From a virus (taxonomy: Duplodnaviria > Caudoviricetes), in IMG/VR virus record IMGVR_UViG_3300025000_000055: a stretch of 64,000 nt of DNA, one strand, 5' to 3'. Below the pieces are notes generated by a model, which was not told the DNA's origin, searched no databases, and saw only the letters and a program-made list of their open reading frames with translations. Positions 21,544-32,600 of the stretch are shown piece after piece (the first letter of the stretch is position 1; every line of letters begins with the position of its first letter). Position numbers and translations under genes: made by a program.

Positions 21544-22038
21544 TTATTTGTTATTTAAAATCCGTAGTAGATATAAAATCACATTAGCAGTAAGTTCAGG
21601 ATCTTCAATATTGAATTCAGTAAATAATTCTACTGTTTGCATAGGATTTTTAAAATAGAAATATTCTAAGAATTTAATAGCTTTCTTAGTAAATTCCTCA
21701 TCATTTAATTTAGTTACATTTTTCCAATTACAAATAATGTTTTCAGCATTACGTTCAAATTGAAGGAGAACATCGTTCTCGTCTTCTATTTCAAAATTAA
21801 TATATGTTTTTGAAGTTAAAAAAGCTACAAATCTAGCGAATGAAATAATTTTAATATTTTTAATTCCAGGATATTTTGTAATTAAATAATAAATTGCATT
21901 GTTAAAAACATCACCATATTTTTTATAATTAGTAACAGTAACATTAAAATACCCCTTACTTTTTATTAGATCTATTATTTTACTTTCATCATCAGGATTA
22001 TTGAAATATTTTAAAACAATTTGTTTATTTAATATCAT
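21544..22038 (-). CDS. Hypothetical protein
   Basis: 164-aa ORF with GAGGGG RBS. Confidence 0.65.
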   Translation of the reverse strand: MILNKQIVLKYFNNPDDESKIIDLIKSKGYFNVTVTNYKKYGDVFNNAIYYLITKYPGIKNIKIISFARFVAFLTSKTYINFEIEDENDVLLQFERNAENIICNWKNVTKLNDEEFTKKAIKFLEYFYFKNPMQTVELFTEFNIEDPELTANVILYLLRILNNK

Positions 22039-22060
22039 TATAAAAACCCCTCTTTTTATT

Positions 22061-22399
22061 TTAAAATAATTTTAATTTCTTTAATAAATTTTCAACATCA
22101 CATACTATATCCTGTTTCAATTTATTAAAAGCACTGTTACGACCTAGGTTATACATATGTAATAATTCGGCTATAACTTTGAGTTTATTTAAATGGTTTT
22201 CACTATTTAAATTTTTAATAGATGTTTCTAAACTTAAAAATAATTCTTCATATTCTGGATTATTTTTAGCTGTTATTTCAATAAAAATATCCTTATTTAA
22301 TTTCCAAATAGCCCCATCTAAGTCATATTCATAAGGAATATAAACATATAAGTATTCGTCAATCCCATCAATTTCTTTATACAATATTAATTCGTCCAT
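22061..22399 (-). CDS. Hypothetical protein
   Basis: 112-aa ORF with GGGG RBS. Confidence 0.6.
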   Translation of the reverse strand: MDELILYKEIDGIDEYLYVYIPYEYDLDGAIWKLNKDIFIEITAKNNPEYEELFLSLETSIKNLNSENHLNKLKVIAELLHMYNLGRNSAFNKLKQDIVCDVENLLKKLKLF

Positions 22400-22536
22400 A
22401 CTTTAACCCCCTATACTTTTATCTAATAACATTAATAAATTCCCTTTCTTCTTTATTTAATGATATATATTTATAATTAAACTTATTTATTATAAAAAAA
22501 TAGGGTGGATAAAATTAATCCACCCAAAAAAGTATT

Positions 22537-23475
22537 TTATTTTAAAACATGTTCTCTAATTTTTTTGTTATAAATAACTTTTATCCCCTCATTCCCCATG
22601 ATTTTTCTGATTTTTGGAATAGTCCATTTCCAAAAATCCTTATCAGCATTGGTTAACCAAGCGTTGGTATCTTTTTCTTTCTTATATTCATTTAGAAGTT
22701 TTCCTATTATTGACATAGGAAAACTTCTTCCCTCTACTGCACAAATTGATCTATAACCACTACCAATAAATGGAGTTGTTTCACCCCAACTACCTTCTAT
22801 AGTAGGAAGAAGTGCATTATCATATGTTACAGTGTTGAGTTTTATTTCCATTTCATTTAACCATTCTTGGTTGAAAAGAACAATATCTTTTTCAAAATAA
22901 TAGATTAAATTGTTATCAACGTATGTCCAAATAACTTTATTTGAATTGAAAATATGTTCTTGATATTCATCAGGAACAGAATTTAAATTCCAAGGTTTAG
23001 AATTTTTTTTAGTAAGAAATTCTTTGTAATTAAAATAATTACTTTCACCTTCTCCAACCACAAGATTACCTTGCTCTCCTTTCAATGAGGCGAGCTGAAA
23101 AGAAGCATTCATTATTTTATCTGATAGTCCCGATGCTTTAACAGGACTATACATATACATATTATTTGGAAAAATGTGAATTGATAATGGTCTAAAATTC
23201 CAAATTTTGTTTTCTAGTATTGCGGACACGGTTTCAGTTTTCTGTAATTCATGAGGAAAAAATTTCATAGTATTTCCCTCAGATGACCTAGCAAAATAAT
23301 TATTCCTTGTAACAGCAATATGAAAATCTTTGCTGTCAAAATCTTTTAGACTATTAATACAACCAAAGTTTCCAGCATGTCTTAAAACTAATTGGTTGTG
23401 TATATTTTTAGTACATCCATATGCTGCAATGTGAAGATTTCTAGAAGTTGTATCAATCAATAAAATATTAGACAA
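22537..23475 (-). CDS. Hypothetical early protein
   Basis: 312 aa, AAGGAGG RBS with TTG start, preceded by the early motif and leader hairpin. Confidence 0.7.
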   Translation of the reverse strand: MSNILLIDTTSRNLHIAAYGCTKNIHNQLVLRHAGNFGCINSLKDFDSKDFHIAVTRNNYFARSSEGNTMKFFPHELQKTETVSAILENKIWNFRPLSIHIFPNNMYMYSPVKASGLSDKIMNASFQLASLKGEQGNLVVGEGESNYFNYKEFLTKKNSKPWNLNSVPDEYQEHIFNSNKVIWTYVDNNLIYYFEKDIVLFNQEWLNEMEIKLNTVTYDNALLPTIEGSWGETTPFIGSGYRSICAVEGRSFPMSIIGKLLNEYKKEKDTNAWLTNADKDFWKWTIPKIRKIMGNEGIKVIYNKKIREHVLK

Positions 23476-23667
23476 GTTTCCTCCTTAAAATAAATCACTA
23501 ATGATTTAATCCAATAAGTACATTTATTTCCCCTTATTGGTGGGAATATTATTTAATTCTACTATAATAATATATACTTGAATATAAGGAATATACCATT
23601 TCATCATAATTTAATTAAAGTCTTTTTACCAGTACCAATATAATCAATTTTACAATTTATTTGACTT

Positions 23668-23865
23668 TCAAATATTTTTATATTCTGATTCTTTATATCT
23701 TCTATCATCATCTTGATATCTTATACCAAAATAAGGTTTTCCTTCTCTCTCAGCTTTATCCTTTTCCATTTCATTTTTTAAATCTAATAATTTGAATCTA
23801 TTTTGTTTCTCATTTTCAGTTTCAATATCAACAAAAGATTTTAAAAAGTTTAACAAAAGTTCCAC
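23668..23865 (-). CDS. Hypothetical protein
   Basis: 65-aa ORF with GAGG RBS. Confidence 0.5.
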   Translation of the reverse strand: MELLLNFLKSFVDIETENEKQNRFKLLDLKNEMEKDKAEREGKPYFGIRYQDDDRRYKESEYKNI

Positions 23866-23871
23866 CTCACA

Positions 23872-24522
23872 TTACATTTTTATTTCCCTCAAAAGAGATG
23901 ATATCGGAGGGTTTGGAGGATTATTTTTATTACAATTTTCTTCACAATATTCATTTTTCTTGTAAAGTGGTAAAACTTGTTTCAATAAAAAATTTTCAAT
24001 AATGTGTTGATAAGTATAAGTATATAAATTTTTACTTATCAACACATGTTTTTGACTATTTGTAAAATGGAATTTAGTTTTTTCTTTTCTACAATTTCCA
24101 GCACATTCTTTATCAATATCATTATAACCCTTACTAATAATTACACTAATTGTTCCATTGTTACCAATAGTATCTAAATTTGTACATAATAAATATTTGA
24201 ATTCTCTTTTAAAATAAATTGGCGATATAAATTTATTAATAAGTACACCAAAATCTATATCTTCCATATTTTGAGGAATTACTTTATTAATAACAAAGTA
24301 GTTTCCTTTAATATATTCTAATAATCGTTTAAAAATATTCTTTTTACATTCAATATAATATTGACCAGGTGTTGTCCTATCTAAATGATAAAAAGATACA
24401 CCATATTTTTTAAAAGGCCATCTGAAAAATATTCCTTTTTCAATACCCTCTTCTGTTATAATATGAAACCCATTTTCTACCGTACTATTAAAACCTTGTG
24501 TTTCTTTACTAAAAGTTATCAT
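23872..24522 (-). CDS. Hypothetical protein
   Basis: 216-aa ORF with AAGGAG RBS. Confidence 0.65.
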   Translation of the reverse strand: MITFSKETQGFNSTVENGFHIITEEGIEKGIFFRWPFKKYGVSFYHLDRTTPGQYYIECKKNIFKRLLEYIKGNYFVINKVIPQNMEDIDFGVLINKFISPIYFKREFKYLLCTNLDTIGNNGTISVIISKGYNDIDKECAGNCRKEKTKFHFTNSQKHVLISKNLYTYTYQHIIENFLLKQVLPLYKKNEYCEENCNKNNPPNPPISSLLREIKM

Positions 24523-24544
24523 TATTTCTCCTCCTTATAATTTT

Positions 24545-24916
24545 TCAATATTCTTTATTTTTAAAACCTTTTATACATTCAGAAAATAAATTTATAACTT
24601 TATTAATATCATTTTCATCATAAATTAAAAATTTAATATCTTCTTCATATAAACCATCTCTATAAGAACTTTCCATGTCTAATTCAAAATTAAAATTAGA
24701 ATCCTGTTCAGCTTGTTTAAATACTTCTAAACATTCTTCATAATTATTACAATTAATAGGTTCTGGTTGTGTTAAACATAAGTATGACCAATCATTATCT
24801 CCGATAGTTTCATTTTTAATACACAGACTTTCTTTTACCCCTTCATTTAATTTATATTTAGAATATAGTATACCTTTAGGTAATTTTAAAAATTCTATTC
24901 TATTAACGATTCTCAT
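24545..24916 (-). CDS. Hypothetical protein
   Basis: 123-aa ORF with GGAGG RBS. Confidence 0.65.
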   Translation of the reverse strand: MRIVNRIEFLKLPKGILYSKYKLNEGVKESLCIKNETIGDNDWSYLCLTQPEPINCNNYEECLEVFKQAEQDSNFNFELDMESSYRDGLYEEDIKFLIYDENDINKVINLFSECIKGFKNKEY

Positions 24917-24931
24917 TTTTTATAAAACCTC

Positions 24932-25534
24932 CTAATCAGTAACTCTAAAATCATAAAACATAAGATATTTATCGGTATAATTTATATAGTCATTTTTAAT
25001 ATTCATACCATATGACCATTCTAAACTAACATATTTACCTATTTCAATAAAACCTTTTACTTTACAAATAATATGACCTAAATATCTAATTAAATCATTA
25101 AAAAGAGCTACTGGGATATTAGGAAAAAATGTTTTAGGTACTAACATAGTTCCAATAAATTTTTTTACCACTAAAGTAATATTAAAATTATCATTAGGAA
25201 AATGAACAGAAAAGAATGGGTGGTATTGATATTCTGTCCCATTAATAATTATTAAGTTAGACATAATATCTATAGTTCCATTAAAAAGAGTTTTAAAATA
25301 TGGATAATAAATAATTTTAATATTTAGATTTTTAGAGAATTCCAAATATTTTAATTTTACTTCATCAGAAGTTAAAGCAATATCTAAATTAATATATTGG
25401 TTTTTTTCATTAACACATTTTACAGTATATAGAAGATTATCTTCTAATATAGTGTCTTCTGTCATATATTTCATTGAAACATATGGTAAACCCAACTCTT
25501 TAATTATACTAACATCTGATTGAAAATTATACAT
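24932..25534 (-). CDS. Hypothetical protein
   Basis: 200-aa ORF in a tightly packed operon. Confidence 0.6.
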   Translation of the reverse strand: MYNFQSDVSIIKELGLPYVSMKYMTEDTILEDNLLYTVKCVNEKNQYINLDIALTSDEVKLKYLEFSKNLNIKIIYYPYFKTLFNGTIDIMSNLIIINGTEYQYHPFFSVHFPNDNFNITLVVKKFIGTMLVPKTFFPNIPVALFNDLIRYLGHIICKVKGFIEIGKYVSLEWSYGMNIKNDYINYTDKYLMFYDFRVTD

Positions 25535-25909
25535 TTATATCCACTCCTCATTAATATTAATCTTTTCTGTAATTTGTTCAAATACAATACCAGTTCCGGT
25601 TATTTTAATAACAAATAAACTAAAAATTCTGTTACCAAATTGGATTCTAATTACATCTTTAACATCTAATTTACCTGCTTTTCTAATAGAAGTAATAAAG
25701 GTAGGATTAAATATTTCTTGCATTTCCTCATCATCTCTTTTAACAAATAAAAGTTTATCTTTAAAATCTAATTCTTTAACTTCTTCATAAAAATCTATTA
25801 CTCGTATACAACCCCCACCAATACAACTATTTCTACATGCTTCAGAAATAGTTATACCTCTAATCATCTCCACTTTACCATCTTTCCAATGTAACCTATA
25901 AATATTCAT
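25535..25909 (-). CDS. Hypothetical protein
   Basis: 124-aa ORF in the same operon. Confidence 0.6.
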   Translation of the reverse strand: MNIYRLHWKDGKVEMIRGITISEACRNSCIGGGCIRVIDFYEEVKELDFKDKLLFVKRDDEEMQEIFNPTFITSIRKAGKLDVKDVIRIQFGNRIFSLFVIKITGTGIVFEQITEKININEEWI

Positions 25910-25925
25910 TCAATTAACCTCATTT

Positions 25926-26192
25926 CTAAAATATTTTTACTGAGATATATGTGTTTCTAAAATTCCTTTTATCTTTATACCAATCTTTTTTTCTTAGAAA
26001 TCTTTTATCAATTAGAGCTGAATTAAACTTAAGTTTATCAGCACATGTTTTATTATCAATCTCCAATTGATGACAATTACAATGTTCGTAACATCTATTC
26101 ATTGTCCATGGTTGACCATTTTCATCTAATCCTAAAAACATTGTACCTTCATCAGTGTACAATAAAACTCCAGTTGATTCCTTTATAGTCAC
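25926..26192 (-). CDS. Hypothetical protein
   Basis: 88-aa ORF with GGAGG RBS. Confidence 0.55.
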   Translation of the reverse strand: MTIKESTGVLLYTDEGTMFLGLDENGQPWTMNRCYEHCNCHQLEIDNKTCADKLKFNSALIDKRFLRKKDWYKDKRNFRNTYISVKIF

Positions 26193-26227
26193 AGTAATAA
26201 CCTCCGCTTTATTTTATTTTTTATATA

Positions 26228-26875
26228 TTAAAAATCTTTACTATCAATAATTATACTTTCTTTTAGTGGATTCATTTTATCTGCCCCACTATCAAATATC
26301 TCCAACCTCCAATCTATACCTAAAACTTCACACCATATCTTAAAATTAGATACTGACATTTTAGTATTATTATTTAATCCAGATTTTCTATTATTGAGAG
26401 CATAATTATCTAAAAATTTACTCTTATAATTTTTTAAATTTATTTTCTTTTCAGTAATAATCTTTTTAACAGCAACTTTTAAAAAATCATCCGTTGGTCT
26501 AATTGTTGGTGTGTATGTTTCTGTATTATTATTAATAATTTCAACATCTTCAGGGTTAGTAAAAGCTTCTTTATTTTCTTTTACTTTATCAAACAGCCAA
26601 TCAATATTTAATTCAGTAATATTATCTATATTATAAATCTTTCTTTCTTTCTTACTTGGTTCAATAAATTTATATGTTCCGTTTTCAATATAAATACCTG
26701 GTTCTAATTTACTTTTAAGATTATTAATTTTACCATGAAATATATAAACTAAATCACCTTTTATATAAGCAAACCCAATTTTCAATTTACTATCATTAAA
26801 AAATGGTTTAACCTCATGTATTTCATCATCTTTTGTAAAGATACATCTTCCTAAAAATACTTTTACTTTAGACAT
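26228..26875 (-). CDS. Hypothetical early protein
   Basis: 215-aa ORF with AGGGG RBS and early motif at 26908. Confidence 0.7.
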   Translation of the reverse strand: MSKVKVFLGRCIFTKDDEIHEVKPFFNDSKLKIGFAYIKGDLVYIFHGKINNLKSKLEPGIYIENGTYKFIEPSKKERKIYNIDNITELNIDWLFDKVKENKEAFTNPEDVEIINNNTETYTPTIRPTDDFLKVAVKKIITEKKINLKNYKSKFLDNYALNNRKSGLNNNTKMSVSNFKIWCEVLGIDWRLEIFDSGADKMNPLKESIIIDSKDF

Positions 26876-26989
26876 GTTAACAACCCCTTGTAGATTTTTA
26901 TTATATAAATAATATATATTTATATAATTAATTATTATAAAAAAATAAAAGGAATAATATAAACAATCCTTTTATTATATATCTTCCCA

Positions 26990-27625
26990 TTATTTACTTT
27001 CTTCATAAGTAAGGGCATTTCTCACAATACGTTTTTTAAAATCAAATATTGGTACCTCACCATATCCATCTGGATGTGATCCCTGAAATAACCAAATCCC
27101 ATTTTTAATTGCTCCTTGAAGTCTTTTAATACCAATTCCTTCGGGCATTGTATCACATATTGGAGTGCCTACTTTTCCACTAGCTATACCACATGAACCA
27201 GCACATGAATAACCTCTCCAAGCAGCACAATCAGCACATCTTGGATAAATAAATTCATCATTATTATTACTAAATATTTTTATTCCCTGAACCAATATCT
27301 TAAAACGATTTTCTAATTCAGGTCTATTTTTATAAGCTCCCCGAATAAGATTTTCCTGTATTTTAATACGAGTAATTTCTTCCGAACTCTTTTCAATACA
27401 ACCATTTTCAAAAGGTGATGCTTCAGGACCTTCTAGATTCATCAATGGATATGGTATATTACCACTGGGGAATTTAACCAACCAGTAGTATGATGCACCC
27501 TCTGGTGATTTAAATTCTACTGTATCTTCATCGGTGATAATTTTCTCTACTATACATATTGGTAATTCATTTGCTAAAATAGTTTTCATTCTTTCTAATA
27601 TTTTTTCAAAATTTATAATTTTCAT
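26990..27625 (-). CDS. Hypothetical protein with Cys cluster (CADCAAW...SCAGSC)
   Basis: 211-aa ORF with early motif at 27655. Confidence 0.65.
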   Translation of the reverse strand: MKIINFEKILERMKTILANELPICIVEKIITDEDTVEFKSPEGASYYWLVKFPSGNIPYPLMNLEGPEASPFENGCIEKSSEEITRIKIQENLIRGAYKNRPELENRFKILVQGIKIFSNNNDEFIYPRCADCAAWRGYSCAGSCGIASGKVGTPICDTMPEGIGIKRLQGAIKNGIWLFQGSHPDGYGEVPIFDFKKRIVRNALTYEESK

Positions 27626-27733
27626 CTCCCTATAAATTTATTTATTTCTAAGATAATAATATATAAATATAGATTACAAATATACTAAAAAAATAAAAGG
27701 GTTATTTTATTAACCCTTTTATAAAATATTAAA

Positions 27734-27928
27734 TTAAAAATCTGTTTTCATTATTGTTTCTCTAAGCCAAAGCACAGTTTCATCTAATTTTGTAATAGTT
27801 ATTGATTTCTCTCTAGAGTTTGGTAATTCATTAAGCTTTTCATACAACTCAACTAAAACCTCATCAAATTCATCTAACTTATGGTTTATAGAAGCATTAG
27901 TTGTGCAACCATTATTCAATCTCGGCAT
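27734..27928 (-). CDS. Small hypothetical protein
   Basis: 64-aa ORF with GGGGG RBS, containing SREKSITITKLDETVLW. Confidence 0.6.
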   Translation of the reverse strand: MPRLNNGCTTNASINHKLDEFDEVLVELYEKLNELPNSREKSITITKLDETVLWLRETIMKTDF

Positions 27929-28067
27929 TTTTTTATCCCCCCTTTATTTATTATTCATTTTAATAATATATAATTATATTTTTGATTAAAAATTAAAAAT
28001 ATAAATTTTACTCTTTTAATTTTTTTGTAATATATGTAAACATTCATTAATATCATCTGTATTAAAA

Positions 28068-28286
28068 TTATAAAATACGACTAGCTAATTCCCAAAAATT
28101 ACAATCTGTTAAAATATTCTTAGACTTAAGAAATTGGGAAAATTCATTAGAAATACCATATAATTTTATTTCTTCTCTAAGAGTCGATAAATCACAACCA
28201 GAACATTGTCCTGGAAAATTAATACTATAGTTACGAATTACATGATCACACCAATTATAAAGATTTTTACTCATAAATAATATCAT
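28068..28286 (-). CDS. Small hypothetical protein
   Basis: 72-aa ORF with AGGA RBS. Confidence 0.5.
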   Translation of the reverse strand: MILFMSKNLYNWCDHVIRNYSINFPGQCSGCDLSTLREEIKLYGISNEFSQFLKSKNILTDCNFWELASRIL

Positions 28287-28313
28287 CCTATTTTTTATAT
28301 TTAAAAATACTAA

Positions 28314-29039
28314 TCAAAAATTAAAAATTTCTTTATTTGATTTTGGTTTAAATATAAAACCTTTAACTTCTTCTTTATCCTTATCATTAACATCTGAAAT
28401 AGGATGATATTTTTTAATGCTAACATTAATATCTTTTAAATCACCATCTTTATCTAAACAACTCACATAATAATTTAATAATTGTTGTGAATATGTATAT
28501 ATGTCAATTTTACTTAATGTATAAAATAATGATTCAAAAGCATCAATAGGTAATTCAATAAAATTATCACTATTATTTATATACATAATAACACCTTCAT
28601 ATGAAACTTCATTTTCATCATATACAATTGCAGGTTTTATTATCATTCTTTGATTTAAACCTAGATTATAAATCTTTAATGTATATTTAACTATCATATC
28701 AGAATATATTACAATTTCACCTTTAGAATTTATTGCAAATATTTCATCTCCATATAAGTTAGTTAACATAGTTTTAAAATTCTTTATTAACTGATATATA
28801 TTACGTTGGGTGATCATAATAGATCTACTCTTATCCCATTCTTCTTCTTTATTATTAATATCTAATGACAAATAAACTGATGGGTTTAAAGTAAGATATT
28901 TTACCTTATTAAATTCAAATTCTTTATGATAACTTTCTAACTTATTATTTTTCTCTTGATATAATTTAACATTAATTTTTAAATTAAGATTTTTAACTGG
29001 TTGTAAAATAATTCTACTAATTCTTTGTACTTTATTCAT
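28314..29039 (-). CDS. Hypothetical protein
   Basis: 241-aa ORF with AGGGTG RBS. Confidence 0.7.
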   Translation of the reverse strand: MNKVQRISRIILQPVKNLNLKINVKLYQEKNNKLESYHKEFEFNKVKYLTLNPSVYLSLDINNKEEEWDKSRSIMITQRNIYQLIKNFKTMLTNLYGDEIFAINSKGEIVIYSDMIVKYTLKIYNLGLNQRMIIKPAIVYDENEVSYEGVIMYINNSDNFIELPIDAFESLFYTLSKIDIYTYSQQLLNYYVSCLDKDGDLKDINVSIKKYHPISDVNDKDKEEVKGFIFKPKSNKEIFNF

Positions 29040-29142
29040 TTTATCACCCTAACAAATAAAATGCTTTATTATTAAGTTGAATGGGAAATAAAAAAATAAT
29101 AAAGTGATAAATATAAATAATTTATCACTTTATTACTTAATA

Positions 29143-29604
29143 TTATTTAGTTGAAATAGGTGGGTATATTGAAGTAATTGGTGTATTATAAAAATAAAAA
29201 TAATTTGCTAATTCAGGTGAAAGTTCATAAATTTTTTCTATTATTTTTTCGCATACTTCAATATTTTCATCAGAATTAGCAGATACTCCAATAATACGCC
29301 GTTTTTTATTTTCAGTGATAAAAATAGTGTTATTAATTTTTTTGTTGAAAACTATACTAATTCTTAATTCACCCAAAACCCAACTGTAAGATATTATAGG
29401 AACGTCTTTAAAATTACCATTTTCCTGTTTAGATGTATAAAAATCATTTAAGTCACATTTAATTAATTTATCCCAATCAGGTAAATCAATAACATTCTGA
29501 ATACAAGTATAATATTGTTTTAAGATATTATTATAATCATCATCAGATATTTCATCACTAATTATAGGTCCATTTAAAAAGTTAAATTGTTTTTTATTTG
29601 CCAT
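29143..29604 (-). CDS. Hypothetical early protein
   Basis: 153-aa ORF with GGAGG RBS and early motif at 29641. Confidence 0.65.
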   Translation of the reverse strand: MANKKQFNFLNGPIISDEISDDDYNNILKQYYTCIQNVIDLPDWDKLIKCDLNDFYTSKQENGNFKDVPIISYSWVLGELRISIVFNKKINNTIFITENKKRRIIGVSANSDENIEVCEKIIEKIYELSPELANYFYFYNTPITSIYPPISTK

Positions 29605-29695
29605 TATAAAACCTCCAAATAAATTTATTTATTTCTAATTAATAATATATATTTAGTATGTGTAATGTTTTTATTACACATACTAAATTATCATA

Positions 29696-32600
29696 TTAAA
29701 TATCTTCTTCTATACCATTCATTTTAATTTTAATATAAAAAAGATTTGTATTTTCATTCTCTTTCCTTTTAACTTGGAATTTATTATTAATTTCTCTTAT
29801 AGTATTAATTCTATCTAAATATTCTTCTTCATTATCATAGTCAATTGAAACAAAACAACTATTAGGTTCATCTTCCTTACAATATTTAAATAAATCTTTC
29901 TCAAATAAACATTTAAAACTTTCTGGTTCTCTTGAATCATCAAAGAATAAACCATGAGTTTTACAAAAAGGAGTTATAATACCACTAGTGCCTGGATCTG
30001 TTATGTTCACATAGGTCGTTAATCTATGCAGTTCTCTTAAGAACTTCCCTAAGATTTCCCTAGGATACCAGACTATATCATTAACCTAAATTTATTAGGT
30101 TACTTCCCACTTCGATTTAAGGGATTCTCACCCACCTACTTAGGCCCTACTCCTATTGCTTATTTCAAAGCCAAAAGGGATAGTCGTTGAACTTTATTGT
30201 TATAATTAATAAGTGTAATCTTTTGATATGTGTACCCATGAAGTTCTTTTTCTTAAATGTTTAACCAAACCCCTATAAGATTCATTTTGTTTTTTGTCTT
30301 TAACTATCATATTCATCTCCTTTCTTATCTCATATTCAGAATAACCTTTTTCTAATAAAATACATATCCCACGAATTAATGTTTCTGAATATTTATTACA
30401 TCCATGTCTTTCACCTTTAACTGGTTTTTGTAACCCTTCTCTCCATGAATGATCAATATTTTCTTTAGGAGTACTCCATTCTAAATTTTTATAAAAATTA
30501 TTAGTTTTATTAGTATCTTTATGATTTATATGAATATATTTTTCATTAAAAAACACTTTTAATGGTAGAAAATAATATCCGACTAATCTATGTATATAAA
30601 ATTTTCTTTGTTTTTTGTATCCTTTTAGCGTACATCTTAAATAACCATCCTTATCAGTAAAAGGACTTAAAAATCTACCAGTTAATTTATTTCTAACCTT
30701 ACCATAATTACTAATTTCGTATATATTTTTAACATTATATTCTATAATATCTTTCCATTCTTCTTCATGGGGTTTAATAAATATTATCATTTAATACACA
30801 CCTCTTAACATATAACAATCTTAGCTGCGGATTACTCAATCCTAAAACCTTGTTACCATACCTTAGTTGATTAGACTAAGCCACTATATTGTTTCCGATA
30901 TAGTTTGGTAGTTTTAGGCTATAAGAGATTTCCCGACAATTAAAGAAGTTTTCATCATAAGTTACCCTATAATGCTCCAATCCAGTAGAGTTACCGCATA
31001 CGTTAATATCGAGCTTCCCAATGTAAGATGGATGAATATCACGATATTTTTTTGATATCCTATTGTCATTCTTACCACCCAAACTATTCGGACCTTTAAT
31101 AGTATATCTTAGTTTACTAAAAAAATCCATATCATTTATTTTATCCGTTGTGTTCACATTACTCGTCAAATAATGCAGTTCTCTTATGAACTTCCCTAAG
31201 TTTCCCTAGGATACCAGACTATATCTTCATCCTTAATTAAGTTAATTACTCTCATTTAAGGAGCTCCCCGTTTTAACTCACCATTATAGACTTGTGAGAT
31301 TACTCTACTTCATATGTTAATTTCTATAACATATTTTTCGATAGTCTTTGAACTTTCACCTTTATATAATTTTTTCCAAGATCTCCCTGATTTGATATTA
31401 CTCATTAAAGTATAAAGATTTCTAATTTCCCTTTTTGATAAATTATTTAAACCTAGTTTATCAATTATCTTTTTATGTTTTAATCCTTGTTTCATAAACT
31501 TAATTATATTTCTTATTAATTCTTCATCATATCTTTTTTGTTTACATTTATTCAAATCAATATTTTCGGTTAAATAAATTCGTGTTCTTTTAGCTCTTAA
31601 ATCATTTATAAATGTACGTATATTTTTTTTATTTTCTAAATTTAATTCATAAATTATAATATCAGTACTTTTATTTTCTTGTAATAAAGATACTATTTGT
31701 TTAGATAATTTATCCGAGAATTTACTTAAAGGATGTTTTTCTCCAATAGGTTTATTTCCTTCCTTATATGAATACGCAATATTTTCTTTCTGAGTACATT
31801 TTTCTAAAAGATCTAATTTATTAAATTTATTTATACTATCTTTATGATGAATTATCATTGATTTATCAGATATATTAAAATCTGACATAAAATAATAAGC
31901 TAATAATCTATGAATTAAAAAATTTCTAAATTTACCATCTATACATGATAATTGAATATATTCGTATTCTTTAGTATTTTTAGAATTTTTTAAAATCCTA
32001 TTAAATTTATCATTTCTAATAAATCCATCAGAATTTATAGAATAATTCTTTTTAACTTGGGGCAAATCTATTTTTACCCAATCTTCTTTTTTCATATCTT
32101 TCTCTTTTCTTTATATAATTTTTATTTTTCTTGGAAAATATATCTTTATAAAGGTTATTAGCTGCGGATTGTCCAATCCTTACTGTTATTACTATACCAG
32201 GTTAATTACTCCTGCCACTATAATATCACTATTATAGATTAGTAAGTAAGGCCCTAAGGAGTTCCCCGACAATTAAAGAAGATTCTTTACAATATTACTA
32301 CTGTAAAGGACAGTATCTATCAAATCTTAATAATCCTGAATCATGTAAATTCTGAATTAGCATATCTCCAGGAAATTTAAATATTTCTTCAATATTTTCT
32401 AAAGTCATTTTTTTACCTAAACTAATAACTCTATTCATTCTTTTACTAAATGCTTTAGTTAATAAAGAAGCAATATATTCATTACATCTTAATCTTTTAT
32501 TATCTATAGACATATTATCTTTCTTTCTTAATTCATCAAAATTTTGAATCATCCATCTGATAACAGAATAAACATTCTTTCGATGTTCATAATCTATCTT

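Noticed and set aside
31146-32325. IStron (group I intron-IS605 chimera), suggested by the TTGAT| site of intron E and the GAT| sites of B and C
   Set aside because: No TnpA, TnpB or IS ends occur in any copy. The other seven defined sites (GGTT, CTCT, GGGT x2, CGCT, CCCT, ACCT) share only the terminal U required for P1.
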